A stretch of 61,459 bases of DNA, filler included, from Sphacelaria rigidula (Eukaryota), in NCBI GenBank assembly GCA_964200075.2. It is 8 parts of 8 records of this genome, joined end to end, with 100 filler letters (N's around TTAATTAATTAA, not from the genome) between each part and the next. Parts side by side here need not be neighbours in the genome. Positions count along the whole stretch, not along the records: positions 1 to 7,596 come from CAXNAA020014175.1; positions 7,697 to 15,292 come from CAXNAA020014176.1; 6 more parts are not named here. One strand, given 5' to 3'. The notes below the pieces were generated by a model, which was not told where the DNA came from, ran no database searches, and saw nothing but the letters and a program-made list of their open reading frames with translations. A program made the translations under genes and the position numbers. This document shows, in pieces, positions 1 through 12,175 of this stretch. Position 1 is the first letter of the stretch; the number at the start of each line of letters is the position of its first letter.

Positions 1-233
1 AACGTCGATCCAGAAGTATTTCGAACTGCGACGCGGTCCTCTAAGCACGCGGTCCTCTCACGCATTATACCAGAACCACGTGAGGCGAAACTGCCGCGCT
101 TCATGTGTCGCTTTCAGTGAGAGTCTCGACCGCATCGACTACACCCCAACACCCTGCACAGAGTTGTTGATATCTTTGTTTACACAGCACCTTCAGAGTC
201 AACTGTACTTGCTATGGAGATGTGTGACGCAGG

Positions 234-461
234 TGTAATGCGTGAGAGGACCGCGTGCTCAGAGGACCGCATCGAAATAGAGCATCCCTGTGGGTCGGGT
301 TAGGGTTAGGGTTAGGGTTAGGGTTAGGGAAAGTGTTGGGGTTAGAGTCAGAGACGTGGTCCTTCTAGGGCCTGGCCTGATTGGGTTTAAAAAACGTCGA
401 TCCAGAAGTATTTCGAACTGCGACGCGGTCCTCTAAGCACGCGGTCCTCTCACGCATTATA
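234..461. mobile_element. MITE with ~40-bp TIRs (TGTAATGCGTGAGAGGACCGCGTGC...) and internal (TTAGGG)n; Ginger-like non-autonomous element, copy 1
   Basis: 234-274 is the near reverse complement of 421-461. (GGTTAG)5 lies at ~298-329. A 3' fragment of another copy occupies 1-69. Confidence 0.85.
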
Positions 462-625
462 CCAGAACCACGTGAGGCGAAACTGCCGCGCTTCATGTGT
501 CGCTTTCAGTGAGAGTCTCAACCGCATCGACTACGCCCCAACACCCTGCACAAAGTTGTTGATATCTTTGTTTACACAGCACCTTCAGAGTCAACTGTAC
601 TTGCTATGGAGATGTGTGACGCCGG

Positions 626-835
626 TGTAATGCGTGAGAGGACCGCGTGCTTAAAGGACCGCGTCTGAAGCTGAACCTCACTACGGTTGGGGTTAGGGGT
701 AGGGTAAGTGTTGCGGTCGGGGTCGGGGGCGTGGTCCATGCAGGGACTGACCCGATTAGATTTGTAAAATCTCGATCCTGAGGGGTGTAAAGTCCGATGC
801 GGTCCTCGAAGCACGCAGTCCTCCCACGCATCACA
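626..835. mobile_element. Same TIR MITE family, copy 2, flanked by a CCGG direct repeat
   Basis: TGTAATGCGTGAGAGGACC at 626 and GTCCTCCCACGCATCACA ending at 835. CCGG at 622-625 and 836-839. Degenerate GGTTAGGG repeats inside. Confidence 0.85.
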
Positions 836-1450
836 CCGGAGCGACTTTAGCGTACATGTGTGGTGACGCAGAGAACGACACACAACACAGCACGGGTCTA
901 AGATCGCAGGCGATTTCATCACAGAACAAGCAAGAAACAATGAAGATGGGATGACTTTTACCCCGTGGCCAAGGCGATTTTCGAAACTTTCATTCTCGAA
1001 CAAACTATGAATAGAAATTGATACACTAACGGGTCCACTTTCATACGTTGATCCAAATCGGTTGATGCGCGATCAGAGGGTCAACTCTCTGACTGACGGG
1101 GTAGGTTATTCGGGCCTTCCATCCATTTCTCAAGCGAACATGGCGAAACTTTAGCAGATTACCCCACCTGGCGTTCAATGAATGAAAGTGGATTGGTTAC
1201 ATTGGTATTTCCGACAAACCAGGTATGTAGGTCAATTACGTTCCCACTTGGCGGGGTCACCCAAGGGGGGAGGGTACGGCACGCGCGGTGTAGACAGGAG
1301 ATGGCGGGTTCCACAACCAACCGCGCACGGCAGGTGATTACTTCGATTAGTGGAGGTATATACTCGTGAAAAATAAATAATCCTATGTTCATGAAGCAAG
1401 TAAAAAAAGCGTCGCTATTATTGTGAATGAATGTTGCCAGTGGAATACCC

Positions 1451-1660
1451 TGTAATGCGTGAGAGGACCGTGTGCTCAGGGGACCGCATCGTAGGTCGAA
1501 ACACTTCGGGATCGACGTTTTTCAAAATCAACTCGGCCAGTCCCCCCAGGGCCCACGCCCCTGACCCTAACGCCAACACTTACCCTAACCCTAACCTTTA
1601 GCATAGGATTGTTTAACTCCGATACGATTCTCTAAGCACGCGATCCTCTCACACATTACA
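1451..1660. mobile_element. Same TIR MITE family, copy 3 (interior in opposite orientation), 5-bp TSD TACCC
   Basis: TGTAATGCGTGAGAGGACC...TCCTCTCACACATTACA termini. TACCC at 1446-1450 and 1661-1665. (CCCTAA)n inside. Confidence 0.85.
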
Positions 1661-3509
1661 TACCCCTTGCAGCTTGCTCATCGATCGTTCTCCGCCGCCA
1701 TTGTGAAGACACACACGTACGACCACGACACGTTGTCTACATCCGCAAACAGACCTTCATAGCGAGCATTGTCGCACAATGCTAGATGTATTATCGATCC
1801 AATACCTAACAAGAGTGAGACACGTTGTTCAAAGCGCCTCCGCTGAGTAGGTCAAAACCAGCATATCAGTCTTTACAACACGTCGCTCAACAGGGATGAC
1901 GCGTGCTCTCGGAGTGCTTCGTGGGATGCCCGAATCCAGCGAACGCAAGGGGTTCAGAGTCATGCTACGTGGGGGTTGCACATCTCGGCCCAGATCTTCC
2001 TGGCTCAGGGGTTCCGCATGTGTTGAGCTACACAAAAACATGCATCAGGGGTTTTCTCCTTTCCAAATTCATTCGGGATATCCCTTAGCCTACTAAATAT
2101 GCCAGTCATGACGTGCCCTCATATATTTCAGAGGCTATTTTTTGGATGAGATAGAGAGCTCCTGAATACCCGAACCTCGCATATTTTTGTGCACCCCTAC
2201 CGCAGCACCACTTTTCATCTTCTCCCTGACGTCGTCAATGCCGGAGGCGGGATTCTCAGTGTCCATCCTTATTTATCCACTTGCCAAGAAAAAACCTCCT
2301 GCGGGAATGAACCTCCGATTCGATCATTGACGTTTGATCGAGGTAATCCGCTTAAAAATTACGAGGACCCATAGCCCAGATAAAGGGCAAGATGAAGCCG
2401 AAGTGAGTAAAGAAGCGTAGCCCGTTCTAGTCGAATACACTCACACTCAAGGGTAGATCCATGTAAACGTGCCTGGATGCAAGGGAAGTGGATATTGTGA
2501 TTGAATCATGACCTATGGGGGAAGGCCAATTAAGAGATACAGTTCTGTTATTTAAAGTATACCCGATATGGTGGTTGCAGCAAGTATCTGCTGGGGGCCA
2601 CACGCCTCATCGCGTGGCCAAGGAATGAGGCTATGACGTGTTATCTTTGTATGAGCGATTTTTCCAGGATTGCACCCCCCCTTTCGGTAGTGAAAAATTG
2701 GGTTTTTACGTTTTACGTGGAGAGTATGATATACATTTTTCAACCGAGGAATCAATCCAACAACAGAGGTCCCACGACCTTTCTTAAACATAGACCCTTG
2801 CGCCGAGCAAGTAATTCAGCCTTCACGCCAGCGATCGGGCTACGCTTTGCGCGGGCGACCTCAGGGTTTATTCAGATATCAAAAATGGACCTGCCTGGAA
2901 AATAAAGTAGACGACCTCATCGCGAGAATGCCAGAAGCCGACCAAGACGCAGCAAGGGAAATCCTTTCAGGAATCATGCAGGAGCAAACGAAACAGCTAC
3001 AAGACCTTCGACAGCAGAGTCAAACACAGGACGAGAAGCCGAGCCTGGAAGCGCGCGCGTCAGCGACAAGAGCGACGGCCCGCCACCAGTTCATCCCACC
3101 TACGACTACTACAGCATTTCAAGAAGCACGTCAGCACACGCAGCATCAAGCCCAGATGATACAGTCTGGCATATTAAGGGTACGTTCACATAACAGTATA
3201 GCAGCGTGGGATGGTACGGCGAAGAGTGGTGAGGTGGTGAGACAGAAATTCAAGGTTTTCAAGCTGCAGATGACAGCGTATCTGAAGCAGGAGCTCTGCC
3301 AAGAGGCTCTTTACACAACTTTCCCCATTAGAGTACATTTTTATAGAGAGCAGGATTTGATCGAGAGATTTGGAAACGAGTTGGTGGAGCAGGCAATGAA
3401 AGCATGGAGCAATATAGTCGAAAACGTAACCTATGCTCCGCTCGTTCAGCAACTAGTAAGACTAGGTAACCCCAGCGAGGGATGTGAGGGATGGAGGTAC
3501 ATTGTAGAC

Positions 3510-3758
3510 GGACACTTTCTACGATAGCCCCCCCCCGAAAAGCGCATGGTTTTGGGAAACAAAATATTCACGTAAATCGAAATGGGAAAAGCCGAGCACA
3601 GCGAGGAGCTGGGGATTCCCACGCTGGGGTTCATTCTAGCCAATGTCGCTAATATGAGGCGCTTCATGCAGCCTGAGCCCGAACATCAGGCGTTGTATGG
3701 CCACGTTTTTCGTGACATTTTTCGCTGGTTGATTGGGGGGGCTATCGTAGAAAGTGTC
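3510..3758. mobile_element. ~250-bp MITE inserted in copia gag
   Basis: TIR GACACTTTCTACGATAGCCCCCCC (3511) / GGGGGGGCTATCGTAGAAAGTGTC (ends 3758), flanked by GAC...GAC. Removing it restores the frame WRYIVD-YYTVSP. A homologous copy lies at ~15457-15713. Confidence 0.85.
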
Positions 3759-6669
3759 GACTATTACACCGTTTCTCCAACCACTGAGAAGGCGTAGTTG
3801 GACCATGAATGGCAGAGTCTTGCTATGAACTTGGGGGAGGACCCCCGCATGCTTCTTGATAGAGCAAAATTGATCAGGTATAACCGTGCGAGGCTTGGAG
3901 ACATAATACCAGATTCAGATGCCAACCGGCACTACATACGCCGCCTGTCACCTGATTTCGAAATCTCGCGCGGCGTACTGCTTGCCATGAACGAAGTAAC
4001 CACAGAGACCCTTGAGCGCATGGTGATGACGGCGCATGGAGAGACGGAACTGGCCAGGAGCAGGGCAGGCAGGGTCCTCGCGCTTTCAGGGCCACGCGCT
4101 CGTCGCTGCCGCTGGGGGTTGCAGAGGCAGGGACGTACTGCAAAACGGGCGACAGCAAGGTGGTGAGAGGCATCGGCAACAGAGTGATATTGTTTGTCAT
4201 TTTCACAATACGACCCAGCATGACGACTCTGAATGCAACGTACAACGAAACATGCACGCAAAAGCCAGTCGTGGTGATCGTGGTGCGTGGAATAGTGTTC
4301 GCCGGCAGCAATACCGTAGTGCAGACAGTTTTGGAGGTCGTGGGGGTAGCGGATGCGGTAGAATGCACACTCAATCATCGCAGCAGCTCATCCAGCAACA
4401 ACAACAGCAGCAACAACGCCAGCAACCACAACAGCGGCAGCACCCCCAGCAGCAGCAGTAGCAAGCGGGACGCGGAGGACGGGGCGCAGGGCGTGGACTT
4501 AGTCCCAGGTACGGTGGTTCGGGGTGCGGTAGCGGGGATGCCCATCCAGGCAGCCAGCTGCAGCATTATGATCCGCCGCAAGGTAGATATGACTACTCAG
4601 GTTATCCTGATGGTTTATACCGCCGTGTAGGCAAAGAACCCCCAATCTACCACGCAGACCCCCGTAAACGATGCATCGCATGCGATGAATTAGGCTACAT
4701 GCATACCTTTTGCCCATGGCGTAGAGTAGTGCGCCCGCAAGTCAATTCGGGGGTACGTCATGTGTATCCTGCCCACAGTCAACCTCATCACGGAGGGCAT
4801 CAGCTCCCCCCTTGGACCCATTCCTATGGATCGGTCAACACCGTACAACTGTACGATGACCAAGGGGGGTACGAAGAAAGCAGTCACATCGAGGAACACG
4901 GAAACGGAACGGAAGAAGACGGGTTGGTGTTGGAAGATAGCAGCAACTTCAGCGGTGCAGGTTACGCGCACTGTATCCAGTTTCCCCGCAATCCCCCGCA
5001 ATCCTCGGCAGCCGCCACCAACAACTAGATCCAGTCACCACCGCAGCAAGGTAAACTTCAACTGCAACACCCTCATCAACTACACCAGCAGCAACCACCT
5101 CATCATGCTCAACCTGATTCCAATCTGCCTTCCTCCGGTTCAGCCGCATCCTCTGCGCCGCTTCACCTGTGCATGGCACATACTGTGTCACAAGGCGAGT
5201 CACGTTTTGAGTTGGATGATTTCAATTTGGGGGTTGCTTTGCTTAATCAGAGTTGATCGGGGGTTGATGTGGGTGATGGTACAGAGGAGTGGATAGCGGA
5301 TAATGGTGCTTCATACCATACGACTGGTTCAATGAGTAGTATGTTTGATCTACGCCCCCCTCCGAAAGGAACTGAACACGTGATCGTGGGGAATGGAACA
5401 ATTCTCCCTGTCCGAGCAGTAGGGAGTTTGAAGCTCAAATTTCACATGGCAAATTCCACCACCCCAATAGCTATCGATGCGTCCTCAGACCTTTGCGTGC
5501 AGCTAGCTGATGTTTACGTTCTTGAAGGTATACATTTCAACCTTTTTCCTCTGCACCAAGTGCAGAAAAAACAGGATGTACTTTTGACTGAAACAGGGGT
5601 ACATATGTTTGACGGTCAGCTTCGCTTCGATCGCAATGAGCGGTCTTCATTTTCTGAGTGAAGGAATGGGAGTTGTGACTGAAAACGGGACGGCCCTGGC
5701 TGTTCTTGCCCTCAGCTCTCGCCCATTTTCAGCTGGAAACCGTAACAAGAAGTCGACATTAATTTGTTTCACGTTTCCCTTCCTCACATCCATGAGACGT
5801 TATTCCAAGAAACTGTGAAACAACAGGGTATTACTTTGACGGGGGTACTGGCGCCATGTACGGGATGTTTGGAAGCGAAGGAACAGAGAGCATGTATTCC
5901 GCGAGGACTGGGGACGAGGGCAAAACCTGTACTTGGCACCGTGCATCTCGACCTCACAGGCCCACACCCTCGTACACCGGGTGCATCAACTCATATGCTG
6001 GGCTGCGTCGACAGCAAGCCGCGCTTCATGATGCTTTATGGCAACGCACGTGAGTCTGACACGCTGGCGAAGGTGAAACGTTTCATTGCCGACGTCAGCG
6101 CCATCGGTACCCCCATTTGTTTTCGCATGGACAACGGGGGCGAATTCACCTCCAACGATTTCGGTGCCTTCTGCGACGATGCAACGATTCATCGTGAGTA
6201 CACTGCCCCCGACACTCCGAAGCACAACGCTGTGGTCGAAAATGAAATTTGGAGGATCATGAAGGGGGGCCACGCAGCCCGTCTCGAAGCGTGACGTCTG
6301 TTACCGGAGTGCCGCTTCGACGACATACCTCACCTGGGGGAGAACATGGAGCGTCTATGGCTGAAGGACGCGGTGTGGGTAGCGGACGGGTTCAATCGTT
6401 CCGCCACCACGGCGAATCCGGGAAGGCTGTCGCCTTGTGAATTGTTCACCGGCAAGCCCGCCGCTACAGATTGTGCCGTTTCTGCAACCCGGCATGATGT
6501 GGGTCAACCGCCGAGGGAAGATGGGTGTCCAGTCCGTGGCCTGCTATTATCTCAATAATGGCAGTAACCATTCTTCATCGATGGTGAAGGTCCTGAAGGC
6601 TGCTACCGGTGTAGTCTGCTACACGAAAAACGTTATCTAGACGGTACCACGTGTGCCAATGTAATCGTC

Positions 6670-7020
6670 GGCAACGCCGCTCGTCGGGGGGGAGGAGGCC
6701 CATTCCAGTATCGTCGCCGCCGCCGCCGCGCCGTCAGCAGAGCAGCACCATGGGACGCCGCTCGTCGGGGGGGGGGGGGGGGGCCCCTTCCAGTCCCCCC
6801 GTCGCCGCCGCCGGCCCCCCACCGCGGCACCCCCCGCCGAAGCCACCCGTAGGAGGGAAGNNNNNNNNNNCAGTGCGCGGGGGCGCGGCGCGGGGCGCGG
6901 GGGGCCCCGGGGGCCGGCCGCGGCGGGGGGGGGGGGGGGGGGGGAGGTCCATTCCAGTACCACCGTCGCCGCCGCCGCGCCGCCAGTAGAGCAGCACCAC
7001 GGGACGCCGCTCGTCGGAGG
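6670..7020 (+). repeat. GC-rich ~90-bp tandem repeat downstream of the copia integrase
   Basis: Recurrent CGCCGCTCGTCGG...CCATTCCAGTA...CGCCGCCGCCGCGCC...AGAGCAGCACCA units, interrupted by a 10-N gap. Confidence 0.65.
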
Positions 7021-7596
7021 GAAGGATATTCATGGCAGCACCGCCGCCGCTGTCGTCACACCGCTGTTCTCGCCGACATATCAAACAGTGGAGTTCGAGT
7101 CACCGCCGCCGCCGCGCCAACGGACTCCGCCGACTCAGCCGATGCTGCCGCCGCCGCGACCGATCTTTCCGCCGATGTAGCACACGCCGCCGCGCCCGTC
7201 GACTCCGCCGATGCATCAAGCGCCGCAGACATCCCCGCCGATCTTCTCCGGCTCTGCGGCCCCGATTCCATCCCCGATACCATCAGCATCTTCCTCGACT
7301 GCGTGGCGCGATGCATCATCCGCCTCTGAAGTGATGGACCATTCTTTCTCGCCGCTCCCAATGAACGTAAGGAGTACGGTGATCTATGGAGGGACTCGTT
7401 GGGGCGGGAATGGCGGGGAATTTTGGAGGCGGGGACGATTGACTCAACGGAAAAGCAACTCGTGGGCAAGTATATCCATGCAAAGTGGGTTTATGACTGG
7501 AGGCTAATGCCGAGATAGCCCCCCCACAAAACGTGCACCGGCACCATTCAACGAACCGGCTGCGATCCCACTATTGGGCTCGTTTGCAGCAATTTC

Positions 7597-7696
7597 NNNN
7601 NNNNNNNNNNNNNNNNNNNNNNNNNNNNNNNNNNNNNNNNTTAATTAATTAANNNNNNNNNNNNNNNNNNNNNNNNNNNNNNNNNNNNNNNNNNNN
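7597..7696. other. Artificial contig spacer (44N-TTAATTAATTAA-44N); others at 15293-15392, 22988-23087, 30683-30782, 38378-38477, 46072-46171, 53766-53865
   Basis: Identical 100-bp structure with a six-frame stop linker, separating contigs of near-identical, non-increasing length. Confidence 0.98.
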
Positions 7697-8154
7697 CTAA
7701 ACTGCTGACCAGTCAGCGCTGACTGGTCAGTAGTCTAGTTGGTTGTCTCTTAAACCGTCACAAACACGAACAGCAGCCGTTGTGGCGGCAACTCACTAAT
7801 GTAACTGCAGGGAAGGGCGTGCCTGACATTGTGCTAGAACAAGAAAGTACAAAAAATTGGAGATCACGAGTAGCAGCGTCGCGCATGTGAAACCTACTGA
7901 GAACGATGTTGATGATGCTGACGATCAAGAGGTTTACGCTGCGCAGATTGGCTGCGCGCTGCATGTCCCACACACAGCTGTGACGGCGGGGTTGAAGAGT
8001 TATTTTTTATGAGCCCCATGGGGTCAGGGTCATAGCATGAAAGGAAGAAATCCCATCTCACCACTCGCTTGGACACGGTCGGGTTCATTCTGTCTAGATC
8101 AAGATTTTTTTTGGGGTTCTGCCTCGAAACAGTATGCCACAAACAACTGTACTT

Positions 8155-8965
8155 CGTCTGTGAACTCGTCCTCTACAAGTCAAGGGATGAAAGGGTATTC
8201 GCTCATGACACGTGAGGTTGTCCTTTGTGCACATCCCCACGGCACAGAGCAGCACATGGCGGACCGCCACCAAAGCAAATGTCATGGCATTGATTGGTGC
8301 CAAAAAATAGCACTTGGTCGAATATGCAAGTTGGTGTCAATCGCATGGTTTACATATTATTCCCAGTAGGTACAGGCAGTCACTTGAAACATCGTGGCTC
8401 TGCCGACCTGGTCATAAATGGTCAATGCGTAGTCTAAAATAATCGCTCTTGCGCCTTGACTTTTCCGCTGAAACCCTGAGACAAAACAGCCGAAGTTCAT
8501 GTGTGACCTCGCTCTCTGCAACTCGATACATGAAGGGTAATCGCTATTGAAAGGCGGATTTGCCCTTTGTGCCCAGCCGTACAGAACGAAGCAGCACCTG
8601 GTGGCACGCCACAGGGTGAAATGCCCTCACACACTGTACGCAGCTCAAAACGAAGCTTGTCGAACGTCGCGTAGTCACAGTTTGCATCTCGTTCGTATAG
8701 TATTATTAGTATATACATACAGTTACCAAATACACAACCGCAGTCTCCAGCACGTGTAAGGCAGTGCAGATACTAAAATCGCTCTCGACGCCTTGGTTCC
8801 TGGACTGAAGCCCTGACACGAAGCAGCTGCCAGCTGTGTCTTTCTTCTGTGAACTCTCCCTCTGTAACTCGACACTTGAAAGGATACTCGCCGTTGAAAG
8901 GCGAAGTTGCCCTTTTTGCACAGCCGCACAGAACAAAGCAGCGCCTGGGGGCACGCAATCAAAGT
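8155..8965. repeat. Diverged ~340-bp tandem triplication
   Basis: A block resembling GTGAACTC...TGAAGGGTA..CGC..TGA...CCTTTGTGC...CAGAACGAAGCAGCACCTGG recurs at ~8160, ~8502 and ~8849. Confidence 0.65.
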
Positions 8966-9577
8966 GCATGTCGTCACAACTTGCTTGCTGCAGGGTAGAA
9001 AGTATGCGCACCGTTTTTTTTCAATTCGCCATCTTCGACCTCGAAAGACGCTACTGATCCTGAACCAAAAAGTGCCGATCGCGCAACGCTTGCAACTCGG
9101 CAGCAAAGCGGGGGATTGGACTGCGGTTTCTTGCGTGCGCTTTCCACACACCCCAGCTACGTCGCCAAGTTTGGTTTTTGCGTTTGCGCGTGATGCTGAT
9201 TCCCAAATAACCCAAACATACTAAAATGAGTTGTTCTCTGCGCTGGGGGGAGATTTCCAGACCGCTGACGCGACGCGAGCAAGATATCAAACTAGGTCCC
9301 CTAGATCTCGTGTGTATGGGGGGGGCTGTGAAGTGCCGTGGACCGGCTTGCTTCCTGTGTCGAGAACCGAGCGAACTCCAGTGTACAGCTTCCACATACA
9401 AAACTAACCTAATTAGTGATGGCGCATATGTTTTGTTCGTGAGGGCTCCGGCACAGGTCCGACCACCTATTGACATGTTCATTATTCCTTCGCGTTATTT
9501 TGTATTTCAACTCTTGTGTCGAATTTTGGTCGTCAGGGTCCTCATTCCTACGCATAACTGTGCAATCTGTACGGCGG

Positions 9578-10320
9578 ACATTACACAACTGCAATACGAA
9601 ACCTTTTATTAATTGACATGGATCATAGGTAAATGATACCGTTCCCTTCATGCAGCATGAATCAAGCGTACATACTCCTCACCTTTCATTATTTTGAGGT
9701 GAATCAAGCGCGCATGTTCCCCGGTTTCCCCAATCACACCCTAGTGTTCTCCGCCTTTTGTTCATACCAGGTGCATCAAGCGTACATCTTCCCGAATTTC
9801 CTTTCAGACATGAAATCATGCGTACATGTTCCCCACCTCCGTTCATACAAGGTGAATTGGATGTATCTCTTTACGTGTGATTAATGCGAGATTAATCAAG
9901 TGTACATATTTTCCACAAGTGATTCATACATCAGTTTGTGACTGAGCACATTACACAACTGCAATACGAAACCTTTCATTAATTGACATGGATCATAGGT
10001 AAATGATACCGTTCCCTTCATGCAGCATGAATCAAGCGTACATGCTCCCCACCTTTCATTATTTTGAGGTGAATCAAGCGCGCATGTTCCCCGGTTTCCC
10101 TTTATGCAGCATAAATCACACCCTAGTGTCCTCCGCATTTTGTCCATACCAGGTGCATCAAGCGTACATCTTCCCGTATTTCCATTCAGACATGAATCAT
10201 GCGTACATGTTCCCCACCTCCGTTCATACAAGGTGAATTGGATGTATATCTTTACGTGTGATTAATGCGAGATTAATCAAGTGTACATGTTTCCCAAAAG
10301 TTATTCATATATCAGTTGTG
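9578..10320. repeat. 370-bp tandem duplication built from ~40-bp GAATCAAGCGTACAT sub-repeats
   Basis: ACATTACACAACTGCAATACGAAACC at 9578 and 9948, with near-identical continuation. Confidence 0.9.
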
Positions 10321-11494
10321 ATTCAGCAATATTTTTCACTCTTGATTCGTGTGGCGCTACTTGAAATGTACACATTCCCAGTTCGTGGTTCGTGCGGTAC
10401 GGTCTTGAGCGTACAACTTCACAACCCTGTGACTCACACGATATGACGCTTTGATACATCATTTGAATGAAATATTTATGAAGAGTCAACCCGTATGAAC
10501 TCTGATTCGTTCGAATCGGGAAATGGGGTAGACTGAGAGAAAGAGAAGAGAAAAGAGTATCTGAAACTTACCGGCCTCTGCAAGATGGCTTCGGCGGCAA
10601 AGATGTTGCTTGCGCAGAAGCACACAGCCATACCCAATCGTGAGAACAGGAGGCCGCGGGATCAGGTTGCGGCTTATTCATGTAGGCCTCACTATCCTGG
10701 GTATGAAGCTCTCATCTATGAACATAACGAGAGCAAGGCATCAAACTACTACTTCCATGCACCGGGAGGAAAGAGTACATGTATATACCTATAGAAAGAA
10801 ATGAGGAAAGAAAGAGAAGGCAAAGGAAGAGACTCTGAGGTAATGAAACCCGACAGATAGCATTCCAATTTTACTTAGTGAAGTTGGTTTCTGCTCAGAT
10901 TCCACTATCCGACTTCTTCCGACTCGATTTTTGCCACTCGTTTTTTGCCAGATTCTTTTACTCTACAAACCCTATTGATTTCGTTCTTTGGGGTGGACTT
11001 TGTCAAACAGAAACCAAACGCATGTTGCTCTAAGGGGCACCTGGACACAGCAGTTGCTGCTGCCTACCTAGTATCATCCTACGAATCGAAGTCTTGAGTG
11101 AGGGCGCCCAGCGTGTAGTTGCTTGACGCGACCACTGCGTTCTGCAACGGACCCTTGCCCATGTACCCGACAAGGGGGCAACATCCCCGTACAGACAGTA
11201 GTGCTAGCGGATCCTACGTCCACCCAGTCTGGCAGCCGGCAACGTGGTTTTTTGAGTGTCGTACTAGCGATATCAACTTACAGTGCACTCGAGCAGAGTT
11301 TCCAGGTGAAGATGATGGCGATCGCCTCACCCGCGATTCGCCCAGATGTGTAGATTTTTTTACGATTTCACTAAGTAACATTACATACATCTACAAATGT
11401 ACCAGGCTTTGCACTATACGTCAAAATGCACCAGACTGTGAACAAAGATTTCTACCGTCAATACGAACACGATGCTAAACGTGTACTGCGCACA

Positions 11495-11600
11495 GTGTTG
11501 TGTGTGTTGTCGTCCCATCTATCCTGGACGCCGTTCTTTACCTTTTGGTATATGTGGGCGAACCAGCAGGGGTCACAGAGGAGAAAGGCCAACGCAGGAG
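11495..11600 (-). mobile_element. 3' fragment of tRNA-derived SINE family A
   Basis: Matches 22558-22660 and the reverse complement of ~16170-16275. Confidence 0.7.
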
Positions 11601-12124
11601 GGTTTCTGGGAAGGCACCCATTACAGGGGCGAAGGCGGCCATTCACTCCTGCATGCGCCACCTGGGGCAAACGCACGCTGTAGCTGCAACACGGACAGCT
11701 TGACAACATGTGGTGTAGCGATATAGCGCGTAGCGAGGGGTGATATCCCACGTACACGTTGGCCGCAGGTACAAGCGGCTGCCATCATAATGTGGCGAAC
11801 TGCATAGGACAGCGCGAAACCAATGCAGGATAGGGATAGGCTAAGGATGTCACGTCCTGCGGTGTGCTTTGTTACCCTGCACCCTGCCGCTGTGCAGTAA
11901 GAATGTAGTACCGCCGATGGCGTCACGCTGCCGTTGGTTGGTACGCAGTGTACGCAGTGTCAAACACAGCAGCAAGCCATATTTTAAATACATGAACGCG
12001 CGTTCCAAGACCGATGCGCGCACACACAGCAACTACTATCGCCATCATAGATCGATCAGGGGGGTAACCCCCCTCCTCAGATAGGGTACCCGGGGTCCCT
12101 CCCCCTCCCTCTCCTTCCCCCTCA

Positions 12125-12175
12125 ATGGTCATACGACTAAGGCAAGCAACAAATGAGTACGCCCCCCCCCCCCGT
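12125..12175 (+). repeat. Dispersed high-copy repeat (ACGACTAAGGCAAGCAACAAATGAGTACG + poly-C); also ~53970-54130(-), ~60010-60250, degenerate at ~30800, ~38480, ~46000-46230
   Basis: Near-identical motif at several places, often at contig ends. Confidence 0.75.

Larger units (their letters stand above)
2847..7500 (+). mobile_element. Decayed Ty1/copia LTR retrotransposon (gag-protease-integrase; RT/RNase H not seen before the contig end)
   Basis: Gag-like ORFs 2847-4166; knuckle-like CHFHNTTQHDDSEC (~4194-4235); copia protease motif WIADNGASYHTTG...VIVGNG (5269-5661); integrase PCTGC, VHLDLTGP, RMDNGGEF, TAPDTPKHNAVVE (5764-6294). Protease precedes integrase, and the motifs are copia-type. 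Many stops and frameshifts. Confidence 0.9.

Noticed and set aside
298-329. True chromosome end
   Set aside because: Only ~5 TTAGGG units, enclosed within TIRs.
2568-2585. Possible copia primer-binding site TGGTGGTTGCAGC
   Set aside because: Plausible position, but no LTR ending in CA and no second LTR to confirm it.
7641-7652. TTAATTAATTAA recurring every ~7.7 kb as a biological periodic signal
   Set aside because: Always centred in 88 Ns; it is an assembly linker with stops in all six frames.
7697-7738. 42-bp palindrome ending in CTAG (Helitron 3' end?)
   Set aside because: The CTAG is part of the palindrome, and it sits at the very start of a contig, so it may be an artefact and has no upstream context.
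9578-10320. CRISPR-like array
   Set aside because: Repeats are degenerate, spacers are not unique, there are no cas genes, and the context is eukaryotic.
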